DNA from: a virus
Taxonomy: Duplodnaviria > Caudoviricetes
IMG/VR virus record: IMGVR_UViG_3300030330_004772
Location: 10,686 to 74,685 of that record
DNA length: 64,000 nucleotides
Direction: 5' to 3' (one strand)
Below the pieces are notes generated by a model. It saw only the letters and a list, made by a program, of their open reading frames with translations. It ran no database searches and had not been told where the DNA came from. The position numbers were made by a program, and so were the translations under genes. Shown here piece after piece: positions 1 through 8,248 of the stretch. Numbering within the stretch: the stretch's first letter is position 1; the number at the start of each line of letters is the position of its first letter.

Positions 1-1
1 T

Positions 2-850
2 AAAACACCATACGCTGGTAATATTAAACAGGATTCAGGTTATAAAGCCAATCGTGGATATGCGAAAAGTAGGGCGTTGAATTTAGTAAATGCAATGGTT
101 AAGAAATTACCTGAAATGGGAGTTAAAGTAGCTGAGGAAGTATTAGAAAATGCCAAAAACAATATAGACGTTAAAGTTATCAACACAGGAGGTAAAAATG
201 ATAGTAGTAGTACTGCAAAAAATCCTGGTCAGATTGTTAAAATTTATATGAAAATTTGTGGTGAAGGTGGTGATCCAGATATTCTAAAGTGTTTTGAGTC
301 TGCAACTATTAGGGTAGATTATGATAGTAATAGTCCTGATCAGACACATGTTTGTAATCATGCAGTTTATGATATTTACGCCAATGGGGTTAAATTAGAA
401 AGAACCGATGGTGTGTCATATGCTAGTTTAAATAATGATTATAGACAATCGACAAATTTTAAACCACAAAAAATATCAAATGATGGAAACAATAAGGGTG
501 GTGCTTATGTTTATAACGAATTTAAATTAACTATGGATGGTGTAAACAAAGAATTTTTTAATGAGGAAAATTTATATAAATATAATGGTGGTTTAGTTGT
601 TAGTGCTAAATGTGTGAGGACAAGTCACGGTTCATGGGCAAATAACAGTGATTGTCACGAATGGGTGGGAGACATTAAATTATCGACTTCAGACGGGGTA
701 GAAACAGTAGAAGTAGGACAAACTGATCTTTCAGGAACTGGATTAAAATTTAGTACACCTAATAATTTTGACGCGATAGTACCACTTGCAGGATTTGAGG
801 CTTGTAAAGATTTGGCAAATAACAATGATAAACCAGTGGGGGATCAATAA
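2..850 (+). CDS. 5'-truncated hypothetical protein; possible OmpA-like motif near the window edge
   Basis: The frame of ORF 77..850 is open back to base 2 (KTPYAGNIKQDSGYKANRGYAKSRALNLVNAMVKKLPEMGV), so the gene starts upstream. N..A..RA..V...L...GV resembles the OmpA-like C-terminal motif. Confidence 0.5.
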   Translation, partial: KTPYAGNIKQDSGYKANRGYAKSRALNLVNAMVKKLPEMGVKVAEEVLENAKNNIDVKVINTGGKNDSSSTAKNPGQIVKIYMKICGEGGDPDILKCFESATIRVDYDSNSPDQTHVCNHAVYDIYANGVKLERTDGVSYASLNNDYRQSTNFKPQKISNDGNNKGGAYVYNEFKLTMDGVNKEFFNEENLYKYNGGLVVSAKCVRTSHGSWANNSDCHEWVGDIKLSTSDGVETVEVGQTDLSGTGLKFSTPNNFDAIVPLAGFEACKDLANNNDKPVGDQ

Positions 851-1512
851 TTATAGTGTATCTTGATTATTGCTTTATCTAATTCACTTAATTCAGATAA
901 ATCGTTATAGTGTTCATAAAATATACTATTTTTATAATCGTATGAATCAGCTATAAGACCAAAACATTGGGTTATCTCCTCATACATCACATGTTTAGTT
1001 CTTTTTTGTGATTCAGTATTTTCTAAATTAATAAACGCTTCGGCTTGATAAATATAACCACTCCAACCAGGAACCCAATTCAAACCGTTACATAAATGAT
1101 AATAATTTTTAATAGTTCTATTACCACTATATTCCATATAACCTTCACCAGAACCGAAATAAACCAATATGTCACAACCTTTTCTTTCGGAAACTAATTT
1201 CACCTCAATAGAATCTAATAATTCATTCATTGTCTTTACGTATTGAGTAATATCATTCATAATACTATCAGAAACATCTCCCACAATAAAAATATCTACA
1301 TCGTGTAACCATTTTTTGGGTCTTACTCTTTTGGTTGGGTATTTAAAAGAACTCCTATAATTTGTAATTTGATAATAATAGTGTAATACTGAATCAGGAT
1401 ATTCGTAATTAGTTTTAACCCTTAAACGTTCTATAATAGAATCTGGATAAGTTTTCTGTGAATACCCATTTAGGGTTACTAATACTAATAATAATGTGAT
1501 TAACTTTTTCAT
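844..1512 (-). CDS. DUF2927-like exported protein
   Basis: Signal-peptide-like start MKKLITLLLVLVTLNGYS at 1512, downstream of a host-type promoter. The C-terminal EEITQCFGL..DS....SIFY.......LSELDKAIIKIHY matches the DUF2927 pattern. Confidence 0.6.
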   Translation of the reverse strand: MKKLITLLLVLVTLNGYSQKTYPDSIIERLRVKTNYEYPDSVLHYYYQITNYRSSFKYPTKRVRPKKWLHDVDIFIVGDVSDSIMNDITQYVKTMNELLDSIEVKLVSERKGCDILVYFGSGEGYMEYSGNRTIKNYYHLCNGLNWVPGWSGYIYQAEAFINLENTESQKRTKHVMYEEITQCFGLIADSYDYKNSIFYEHYNDLSELSELDKAIIKIHYNY

Positions 1513-1527
1513 ATTGTTTGATTTATA

Positions 1528-1559
1528 CAAATATAAGAAAAATATTTTAATCTACCAAA
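1528..1559 (-). promoter_or_regulatory. Bacteroidota-type primary-sigma promoter
   Basis: Minus strand reads TTTG-N20-TATATTTG, matching the -33 TTTG / -7 TAnnTTTG consensus. Confidence 0.65.
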
Positions 1560-1575
1560 TAAAAAGATAAAAAGA

Positions 1576-4044
1576 TTATATAACCTTAACGTCTATCTTT
1601 TCTTTTACCTTACTATATGACACCATAATAGTTTGTCCTTCTTTAATATTATCTTTTAATATTTCTTCAGATATTGGGTCTTCAATGTATTTTTGTATTG
1701 CCCTATTAAGTGGTCTAGCACCGTATTCTTCATCATAACCTATATCACTTAGGAAGTCTTTGGCGGATTTTAATATTTTCAAACCAAAACCTAATTCTTT
1801 AATACGTTGTGTTATACTAACAACTTCTAAATCTACAATCTTTTTAATTTCATCTGATTTAAGTGAATTAAATATTACCACATCATCTAGTCTATTTAAA
1901 AATTCTGGTGGGAAATGTTTCTTTAATTCTTTATTTAGAAAATTAGACTTCTCTTGATCTTTATTTTTCTCTAAACTTTTTGTACTGAAACCAACACCGC
2001 TACCGAACTCTTGTAGTTTTTTAATTCCTACATTTGATGTCATAATAACCATACAGTTTTTAAAGTTAACTTTTCTACCTAAACTATCTGTTAATTGTCC
2101 ATCATCCAACAATTGTAATAAAACATTGTAGATATCTTTATGTGCTTTCTCAATCTCATCAAATAGAATTATTGAATATGGTTTTCTTCTTACTTTTTCT
2201 GTAAGTTGTCCACCTTCTTCATGACCTACATATCCCGGAGGTGCACCTACCATTCTAGATAATGCGTGTTTCTCTTGATATTCTGACATATCAATTCTTA
2301 TTAGTGAATCCTCATCACCAAACATATATTGTGCAAGTTTTTTGGCTAAGTGTGTTTTACCTGTACCTGTAGGTCCTAAGAACATAAATGTACCAATAGG
2401 TTTTTTAGGGTTTCTGATACCCACTCTATTTCTTCTTAATGATTTAGCAATTTTAACTACCGCATCATTTTGTCCTATAACACTACCTTTCATTTCTTTT
2501 TCCATCCCTAACAATCTCTTACCTTCATCATTGGTAAGTCTTTTTAGTGGTATACCAGTCATAGTAGCAACTACTTCACTTACATCTTCCGGATTAATTA
2601 CAGTTCTCTTTTTATCTAAACTATTTTTCCACTCTTCTTTTTTAGCGTCTAGTTTATCTATAACCTGTCTTTCCTTATCACGTAGTTTTGCTGCCTCTTC
2701 ATATTTTTGACTTCTCACTACTCTATTTTTTTCCTCTTTAATGGATATGATCTCTTGCTCTAAATCACTAATAATTTTAGGTGGTTTTGCATTAACTTGA
2801 GATCTAGCACCAACCTCATCCATAATATCAATCGCTTTATCAGGAAATTCTCTATCTGTAACATAACGATCCGCCAGTTTAACACATTGAATTATAGTAT
2901 CTTCTAAATAAGTAACTTTATGGTACTTTTCATATGAAGATTTTATTTTCTCTAAAATTTCTATGGTTTCATTTATTGAAGGAGGTTCAATTACTACCTG
3001 TTGAAATCTTCTTGTTAATGCACCATCTTTTTCAATATGTTCTCTAAACTCATCTAGTGTAGTTGCACCTATTATCTGTATATCTCCTCTGGATAAAGCA
3101 GGTTTTAAAACATTTGCAGCATCCATTGAACCGGATGCATTACCTGCACCCACTAAAGTATGTAATTCATCGATAAATAAAATAATATTATCTGTATCCA
3201 CTAATTCATCTACCAAACCTTTTATTCGTTCTTCAAACTGACCTCTATATTTAGTACCAGCAACTAATGAAGTTAAATCTAAAGAAATTAATCTTTTATC
3301 TAATAATGTTCTTGGTGCATCACCCTCATTTATTTTTAATGCTAACCCCTCAATAACTGTAGTTTTACCAACTCCTGGATCACCAATTAAAACAGGATTA
3401 TTTTTTTTCTTTCTAGACAATATTTGTGCAACTCTCTGAATTACATCATCCCTACCAATTACAGGATCAATTTTACCTTCTGACGCTTTTTTAGTTACAT
3501 CCACAGAAAAGTTATCTAATATAGGTGTATTAGAATTTTTGTTTTTCTTTTTTGGTGGTCTATTACTAAACATATTTTCTTCTTCATCCATAGAATCAAA
3601 AGAATTATCGATAAGATGTTTTTTAACTGTTTTATTATATTCTTTATAATTTGCTCCCATTTTCTCCAATATTTTACTTATTTTATTTTTTTCTTTAAGT
3701 ATAGATAACATTATATGTGCAGTATTAAGATATAGCTCTTTTAATTTATCACATTCTATTTCCGCTTCTGCAATAATTTTTTTAGTGTACTCAGACATAG
3801 GTAATAACGAAACATTTATAACACTATCATCTTCAGTTGGGGAATATACTATTTTCTCAACTTTACTATGAAATTTATTTATATCTACACCTAACTCTAT
3901 TAGATACTTAATTGCTTCGTTATCATAATCATTAATTAGTGCAATAACTATGTGTTCAATATTTATTTCCATATCACCATATAGTTTAGCTTCCTCAATA
4001 GATTTATTTATGATTTTTTTTACTTTTGGTTGTACTTTTTTCAT
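1576..4044 (-). CDS. clpC: ClpC-type Hsp100/Clp AAA+ ATPase
   Basis: Clp N-domain; Walker A motifs GDPGVGKT and GPTGTGKT; FIDELH and FDEIEK Walker B; UVR-like middle domain QKYEEAAKLRDKE; GVGF ClpP-docking loop; GARPL. Confidence 0.95.
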   Translation of the reverse strand: MKKVQPKVKKIINKSIEEAKLYGDMEINIEHIVIALINDYDNEAIKYLIELGVDINKFHSKVEKIVYSPTEDDSVINVSLLPMSEYTKKIIAEAEIECDKLKELYLNTAHIMLSILKEKNKISKILEKMGANYKEYNKTVKKHLIDNSFDSMDEEENMFSNRPPKKKNKNSNTPILDNFSVDVTKKASEGKIDPVIGRDDVIQRVAQILSRKKKNNPVLIGDPGVGKTTVIEGLALKINEGDAPRTLLDKRLISLDLTSLVAGTKYRGQFEERIKGLVDELVDTDNIILFIDELHTLVGAGNASGSMDAANVLKPALSRGDIQIIGATTLDEFREHIEKDGALTRRFQQVVIEPPSINETIEILEKIKSSYEKYHKVTYLEDTIIQCVKLADRYVTDREFPDKAIDIMDEVGARSQVNAKPPKIISDLEQEIISIKEEKNRVVRSQKYEEAAKLRDKERQVIDKLDAKKEEWKNSLDKKRTVINPEDVSEVVATMTGIPLKRLTNDEGKRLLGMEKEMKGSVIGQNDAVVKIAKSLRRNRVGIRNPKKPIGTFMFLGPTGTGKTHLAKKLAQYMFGDEDSLIRIDMSEYQEKHALSRMVGAPPGYVGHEEGGQLTEKVRRKPYSIILFDEIEKAHKDIYNVLLQLLDDGQLTDSLGRKVNFKNCMVIMTSNVGIKKLQEFGSGVGFSTKSLEKNKDQEKSNFLNKELKKHFPPEFLNRLDDVVIFNSLKSDEIKKIVDLEVVSITQRIKELGFGLKILKSAKDFLSDIGYDEEYGARPLNRAIQKYIEDPISEEILKDNIKEGQTIMVSYSKVKEKIDVKVI

Positions 4045-4050
4045 ACTTGA

Positions 4051-4082
4051 TTTGTTTTTTTATATAAATATCTGTATATTTG
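4051..4082 (+). promoter_or_regulatory. Bacteroidota-type promoter for the methyltransferase, overlapping a minus-strand TATTTAT box (4064-4070) upstream of clpC
   Basis: TTTG(4051)-N20-TATATTTG(4075); ATAAATA at 4064-4070. Confidence 0.6.
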
Positions 4083-4104
4083 TATTAAAGATATAAAATA
4101 AATT

Positions 4105-5028
4105 ATGAAAAGTCAATATAAATTACACCTAGGAGACACAAAAAAAATAATTTCTTCTATGATCGAAGAAAACAAAAAAGTAGATATGATATTTACATCG
4201 CCACCCTATTTTTCTATGAGAAAAAACTATAGTGGTAATGACGATGGTGAAATAGGATCAATACATGTTGATGATTACGCTGACTGGTTTTTGGAATTTA
4301 CAGAATTATTTTTAAAAGTATTAAAACCCAATGGTAGTTTTTTCTTAAATATTAATGATAAAATAGATAATGGAGTAGTACATCCTGTGATTGATGAATT
4401 AAAATATAAAATGAGAAGACAGGGATGGTATATGGTTGCTAAACCGTATATATGGTTTAAGAAAAACGCTATACCAACCAATTGCAAATATAGGGCAATA
4501 GATAGATATGAATATGTGTTTCACTTTTCTAATTCTAATAAACCTAAATTTGTTGCAGATAACTGTAGAACAGAACATTCAGAAGTTACCAAAAAAAGAT
4601 TCAAAAAACCAGTTACTACTATTAATTCTAGAGATGGTGTATATGATTCACAAATGAGAGAGTTAAATAAAAAAGGTTCTTTACCACACAATGTTGTAAT
4701 TGCAGCATCAGAAACAAATTCAGGAATACTTCACCCTGCACCATTTAGTGTTGAATTGGCGGAATGGTTTGTTAAAATAGGTAGTAATGAAAACGATGTG
4801 GTTTTAGATCCATTCGCTGGATCATCAACAACAGGTGTATCCTCATTAAAAAACAATAGAAACTTTATTGGTATAGACTTAGTAGAATTTAATATTAATT
4901 TCGGAAGAAAAAGAATGAATCACTATTTAGAAACTGGTGAAACTTTTATCCCTAAAAATTTATTAGAGGAAAAGGGTATTGATGTAAACTATTATAAAAT
5001 AAAAGGTAAACACATAAACAACCCTTAA
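4105..5028 (+). CDS. Beta-class N4-C/N6-A DNA methyltransferase
   Basis: TSPPY catalytic motif precedes the DPFAGSSTT SAM-binding motif; HPAPF motif present. Confidence 0.9.
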   Translation: MKSQYKLHLGDTKKIISSMIEENKKVDMIFTSPPYFSMRKNYSGNDDGEIGSIHVDDYADWFLEFTELFLKVLKPNGSFFLNINDKIDNGVVHPVIDELKYKMRRQGWYMVAKPYIWFKKNAIPTNCKYRAIDRYEYVFHFSNSNKPKFVADNCRTEHSEVTKKRFKKPVTTINSRDGVYDSQMRELNKKGSLPHNVVIAASETNSGILHPAPFSVELAEWFVKIGSNENDVVLDPFAGSSTTGVSSLKNNRNFIGIDLVEFNINFGRKRMNHYLETGETFIPKNLLEEKGIDVNYYKIKGKHINNP

Positions 5029-5108
5029 TGACAAAATGTCACAAAAATTCTATTGGCATTTATTTTGATTATATAGGTTTATAATAATAATAATTTAAAA
5101 TAAAAAAA

Positions 5109-5567
5109 ATGTATAATAGAAATTTAAACGATTTTATAAAAGAATTTATGAATGATGATTTTTTCGGTAGAAGTTATGAAATAAGTATACCAAGAATCAG
5201 AACTAATAATCTTAAAACAAGAGATTATAGTGATAACACACCATCTACTAACGTATATGAGGATGAATGGTCATATAGATATGAATTATCAACACCAGGA
5301 TTTACCAAAAAGGATTTAACTATTAAAATAGAAGAAAATATTTTAGAAGTTAAAGGTGAGAGAAAAACTGAAAATAAAAAAGACAAAGGTGAATATATTT
5401 CTAAAGAATATCATACCTCTAAATTTTTTAGATCATTTAATCTACCAGAAAATGTTGTATTAGATGAAGTACACGCAAAAGTTGAAAATGGTATTACTAT
5501 TTTGTTTTTACCTAAAGTAACACCAACCAAAAAGAAAAGTGGAAGTAGAACTGTAGATATCGCTTAA
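5109..5567 (+). CDS. hsp20: Small heat-shock protein (Hsp20/alpha-crystallin)
   Basis: PGFTKKDLTIKIEENILEVKGER ... FFRSFNLPENV...VHAKVENGITILFLPK. Confidence 0.93.
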   Translation: MYNRNLNDFIKEFMNDDFFGRSYEISIPRIRTNNLKTRDYSDNTPSTNVYEDEWSYRYELSTPGFTKKDLTIKIEENILEVKGERKTENKKDKGEYISKEYHTSKFFRSFNLPENVVLDEVHAKVENGITILFLPKVTPTKKKSGSRTVDIA

Positions 5568-5590
5568 ACTATTTAATAACTAAAAAAAAT

Positions 5591-5624
5591 AAACCCATAA
5601 CTTTACTTGTTGTGGGTTTTTTTT
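5591..5624 (+). terminator. Rho-independent terminator after hsp20
   Basis: AAACCCATAA ... TTGTGGGTTT stem followed by a T-run. Confidence 0.75.
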
Positions 5625-5635
5625 ATATTTATAAT

Positions 5636-6307
5636 ATGAAAAAAGTAATAAACGTATTGGATATTGAATCCTCTTTAGACGGTGATCCAAATGTTAAAAT
5701 AATTAATGGAAAATTGTCTGTTTTAAATATTAAACAACATGTATATAACACACCGTTGATTCCTAATTTTATAATAAATAATACAGAAAAATTAAAAATA
5801 TTTAATGAGATTAATAAGGTTTATGGGAAAAAAGATAAAAACTTAAAGAAATATTTATTATTGTTTATATTTTTTGGTGTTTTTCTTGTGACTATATCAC
5901 CCAAAAAAACATTTAACTTTTTTTACCTTAAAACTAAAAATAAGTATATTGAAGACTTTCAAGACGCTTTTAATTATAATATTTTTAAAATTAAAAATAA
6001 AATACTAAAAAGAATTTTTTTTATTTTTTATAGTTTTTTTATTATTTTAAGTTTTATTAAATTTTTAATGACTAAAAACCCAACTAATGATGAGTGGGGT
6101 TGGGAGGAATCTTATAATTGGACTGCAATTTATGATTCTTTAGTAAAGTATGGTTACGATAGTAACACCACATACCCAATAAGGGTGGGAAGAAATTTAA
6201 ATGGATCTAACTATTTGTATTATGCAAAAGATGGTAATCATAGAACATTTTTATTAAAACAAATGTACCCTGAAGGAAAAGAAATTGAAGTATTATTTGA
6301 AAATTAA
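5636..6307 (+). CDS. Membrane protein with a C-terminal ParB/Srx-like motif
   Basis: ATG at 5636; two hydrophobic segments; YPIRV...YAKDGNHRTFLLK resembles the ParB-like DGxHR motif. Confidence 0.45.
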   Translation: MKKVINVLDIESSLDGDPNVKIINGKLSVLNIKQHVYNTPLIPNFIINNTEKLKIFNEINKVYGKKDKNLKKYLLLFIFFGVFLVTISPKKTFNFFYLKTKNKYIEDFQDAFNYNIFKIKNKILKRIFFIFYSFFIILSFIKFLMTKNPTNDEWGWEESYNWTAIYDSLVKYGYDSNTTYPIRVGRNLNGSNYLYYAKDGNHRTFLLKQMYPEGKEIEVLFEN

Positions 6308-6327
6308 AAATTAATTTATTATATTTG
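6296..6327 (+). promoter_or_regulatory. Bacteroidota-type promoter
   Basis: TTTG(6296)-N20-TATATTTG(6320), just upstream of the ATG at 6332. Confidence 0.6.
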
Positions 6328-6331
6328 AAAT

Positions 6332-6571
6332 ATGTTAAACACTGCACCAAAATTTAAAAAAATAGTTTTACTAATAAAAAGTAAAATACCATCTAGTGAT
6401 ATTTCCTCTAATATTAGAGTTACACACGAAGATTGTGCTATGGTAATAACTGGAGATTATGTTATTATAACGGAAGATTTTCAAGGGAATAATATAGACG
6501 ATGAACATTCAGTAGTGGGAAAAATTTATGAATTAAAAGAAATAGATAGTTATAAATTATATAAAAATTAA
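6332..6571 (+). CDS. Hypothetical protein (79 aa)
   Basis: ORF track; promoter directly upstream. Confidence 0.6.
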   Translation: MLNTAPKFKKIVLLIKSKIPSSDISSNIRVTHEDCAMVITGDYVIITEDFQGNNIDDEHSVVGKIYELKEIDSYKLYKN

Positions 6572-6574
6572 AAT

Positions 6575-6868
6575 ATGTTATTAAATAAACACATCGATAA
6601 AGAATCAATAGAAAATTTATACGAATCTAGTAATATACTAGCATCTCGTTATAATACAATAAGTCAAAAGTTGGCGATTATATTTAAAGGTGGTAGACAA
6701 TATCTTTATCATGACGTAAAAAGAACAGATTATAATGAGTTTGAGTCTGCAAACAGTCAAGGTAAAATATTAAATAGTAAAATTAAAAACTATAAGACAG
6801 AAAAGATTGAAGGTATTGTAGATACTACACCAATATTAGAACAGATAGAAAACCTTAAAAACCAATGA
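6575..6868 (+). CDS. KTSC-domain protein
   Basis: SSNILASRYN...KLAIIFKGGRQYLYHDV....YNEFESANSQGK.LNSKIK is the typical KTSC pattern. Confidence 0.8.
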   Translation: MLLNKHIDKESIENLYESSNILASRYNTISQKLAIIFKGGRQYLYHDVKRTDYNEFESANSQGKILNSKIKNYKTEKIEGIVDTTPILEQIENLKNQ

Positions 6869-7035
6869 TAGTCGCAGAAGAACAAAAAATTCTAGGTGAA
6901 TTATATAATTTAGAAGAATCATTAAGTGATATTTTAATTAAACACGAAATGTACGAAGAAATTAGAAAACTTCATTTAATAATAGAAAAATTAGAATATA
7001 GAATTATTAATAAGGTAGGCACTCTTGGTATTTAG
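6865..7035 (+). CDS. 56-aa protein with a UVR-like helix (not in ORF track)
   Basis: Manual translation: MIVAEEQKILGELYNLEESLSDILIKHEMYEEIRKLHLIIEKLEYRIINKVGTLGI*. The start overlaps the KTSC stop (ATGA). Confidence 0.6.
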   Translation: MIVAEEQKILGELYNLEESLSDILIKHEMYEEIRKLHLIIEKLEYRIINKVGTLGI

Positions 7036-7077
7036 AATTTATATAAAATACAAGTATTTATATAAAAAAAGATACCA

Positions 7078-7869
7078 ATGAAAATAAATAATTTAGAAGA
7101 ACAAGAAGTTAATGATATTATTGAAAAGGAAAACATTGATTTATCCTCTTTCAGAATCAAAGAAACATTAAACCCAAAAATATTCGATAGAGAACAACAA
7201 ATGTATAAAGAAATAAGAAAGAGACTGTTAATGATTGCAGATGACTTTTTTGAAACTTTGGATATTGGTTATGTAGAAATAAGTGATATAATTTTAACTG
7301 GTAGTTTAGCGAACTTTAATTGGTCTCGTTTTTCTGACGTAGATTTACATATACTTTTAGATTTTGGTGACGTAGATGAAAACGAAGAATTAGTTCGTTC
7401 ATATTTTAACTCAAAGAAAAATTTATGGAATGAAAAACATAATATCACAGTAAAAGGATATGATGTAGAATTATATGTACAAGATCAAGATGAACCACAT
7501 GTCGCTAGTGGAGTATATTCAGTATTATGGGACAAATGGAATGTAAAACCTGAAAGAGAAAATTTCCAAATAGATAATAAGAAAGTAAAAGAAAAAGCTA
7601 ACAGTTTAATTGATACAATAAAACATTTTTTTGAACTTTATAAAGGCGGTGACTATGATAAATTAATTAGATCAATAAAAACCCTTAAAGAAAAAATTAA
7701 AAAAATGAGACAAACGGGATTAGATAGAGAAGGAGAATACTCTTACGAAAATATTACATTTAAGGTATTAAGAAGAATGGAATTTTTAGATAAGTTAAGT
7801 GAGTTAGAAACTTTGGCATATGATAAATCATTAACATTGGATGAATCAATACAATTTATAAGAAACTAA
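7078..7869 (+). CDS. Pol-beta superfamily nucleotidyltransferase
   Basis: IILTGSLANFNWSRFSDVDLHI (GS...DxD) plus a third acidic residue in VELYVQD. Confidence 0.8.
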   Translation: MKINNLEEQEVNDIIEKENIDLSSFRIKETLNPKIFDREQQMYKEIRKRLLMIADDFFETLDIGYVEISDIILTGSLANFNWSRFSDVDLHILLDFGDVDENEELVRSYFNSKKNLWNEKHNITVKGYDVELYVQDQDEPHVASGVYSVLWDKWNVKPERENFQIDNKKVKEKANSLIDTIKHFFELYKGGDYDKLIRSIKTLKEKIKKMRQTGLDREGEYSYENITFKVLRRMEFLDKLSELETLAYDKSLTLDESIQFIRN

Positions 7870-7930
7870 ATATATACTATTTCGAGTTTTTTTATTGAAT
7901 TTGTAATATTTATTAAATAAAAACATAATT

Positions 7931-8224
7931 ATGGGAACATATTTAACAGGTGAGATATCAGTGATACATAATGCAACTACTGCAGACTTTGATAATTTTG
8001 TATATAGTGCAATCTATTTTAATGGTACTGGTCCATTTGAAATAAATGGAAACGCAGGGATAACAGGAGTAGTTGGTGAAACTTTAGAAGTTATAGTAAA
8101 TGGTGATACTACTACATTATCAGGTAACAATTTTCTTCTATTAGGAAATCCAATTGCACCACAAACAAAAGTAGGTATAGGGGAATATGTGAATATTAAA
8201 AACGGTAATCCAATACAAAGCTAA
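7931..8224 (+). CDS. Small hypothetical protein, probably structural
   Basis: ORF track; TATTTAT box at 7907; beta-strand-like G/T/N-rich sequence. Confidence 0.55.
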   Translation: MGTYLTGEISVIHNATTADFDNFVYSAIYFNGTGPFEINGNAGITGVVGETLEVIVNGDTTTLSGNNFLLLGNPIAPQTKVGIGEYVNIKNGNPIQS

Positions 8225-8248
8225 AAAAAAATTAAAAAAAAAAATAAA

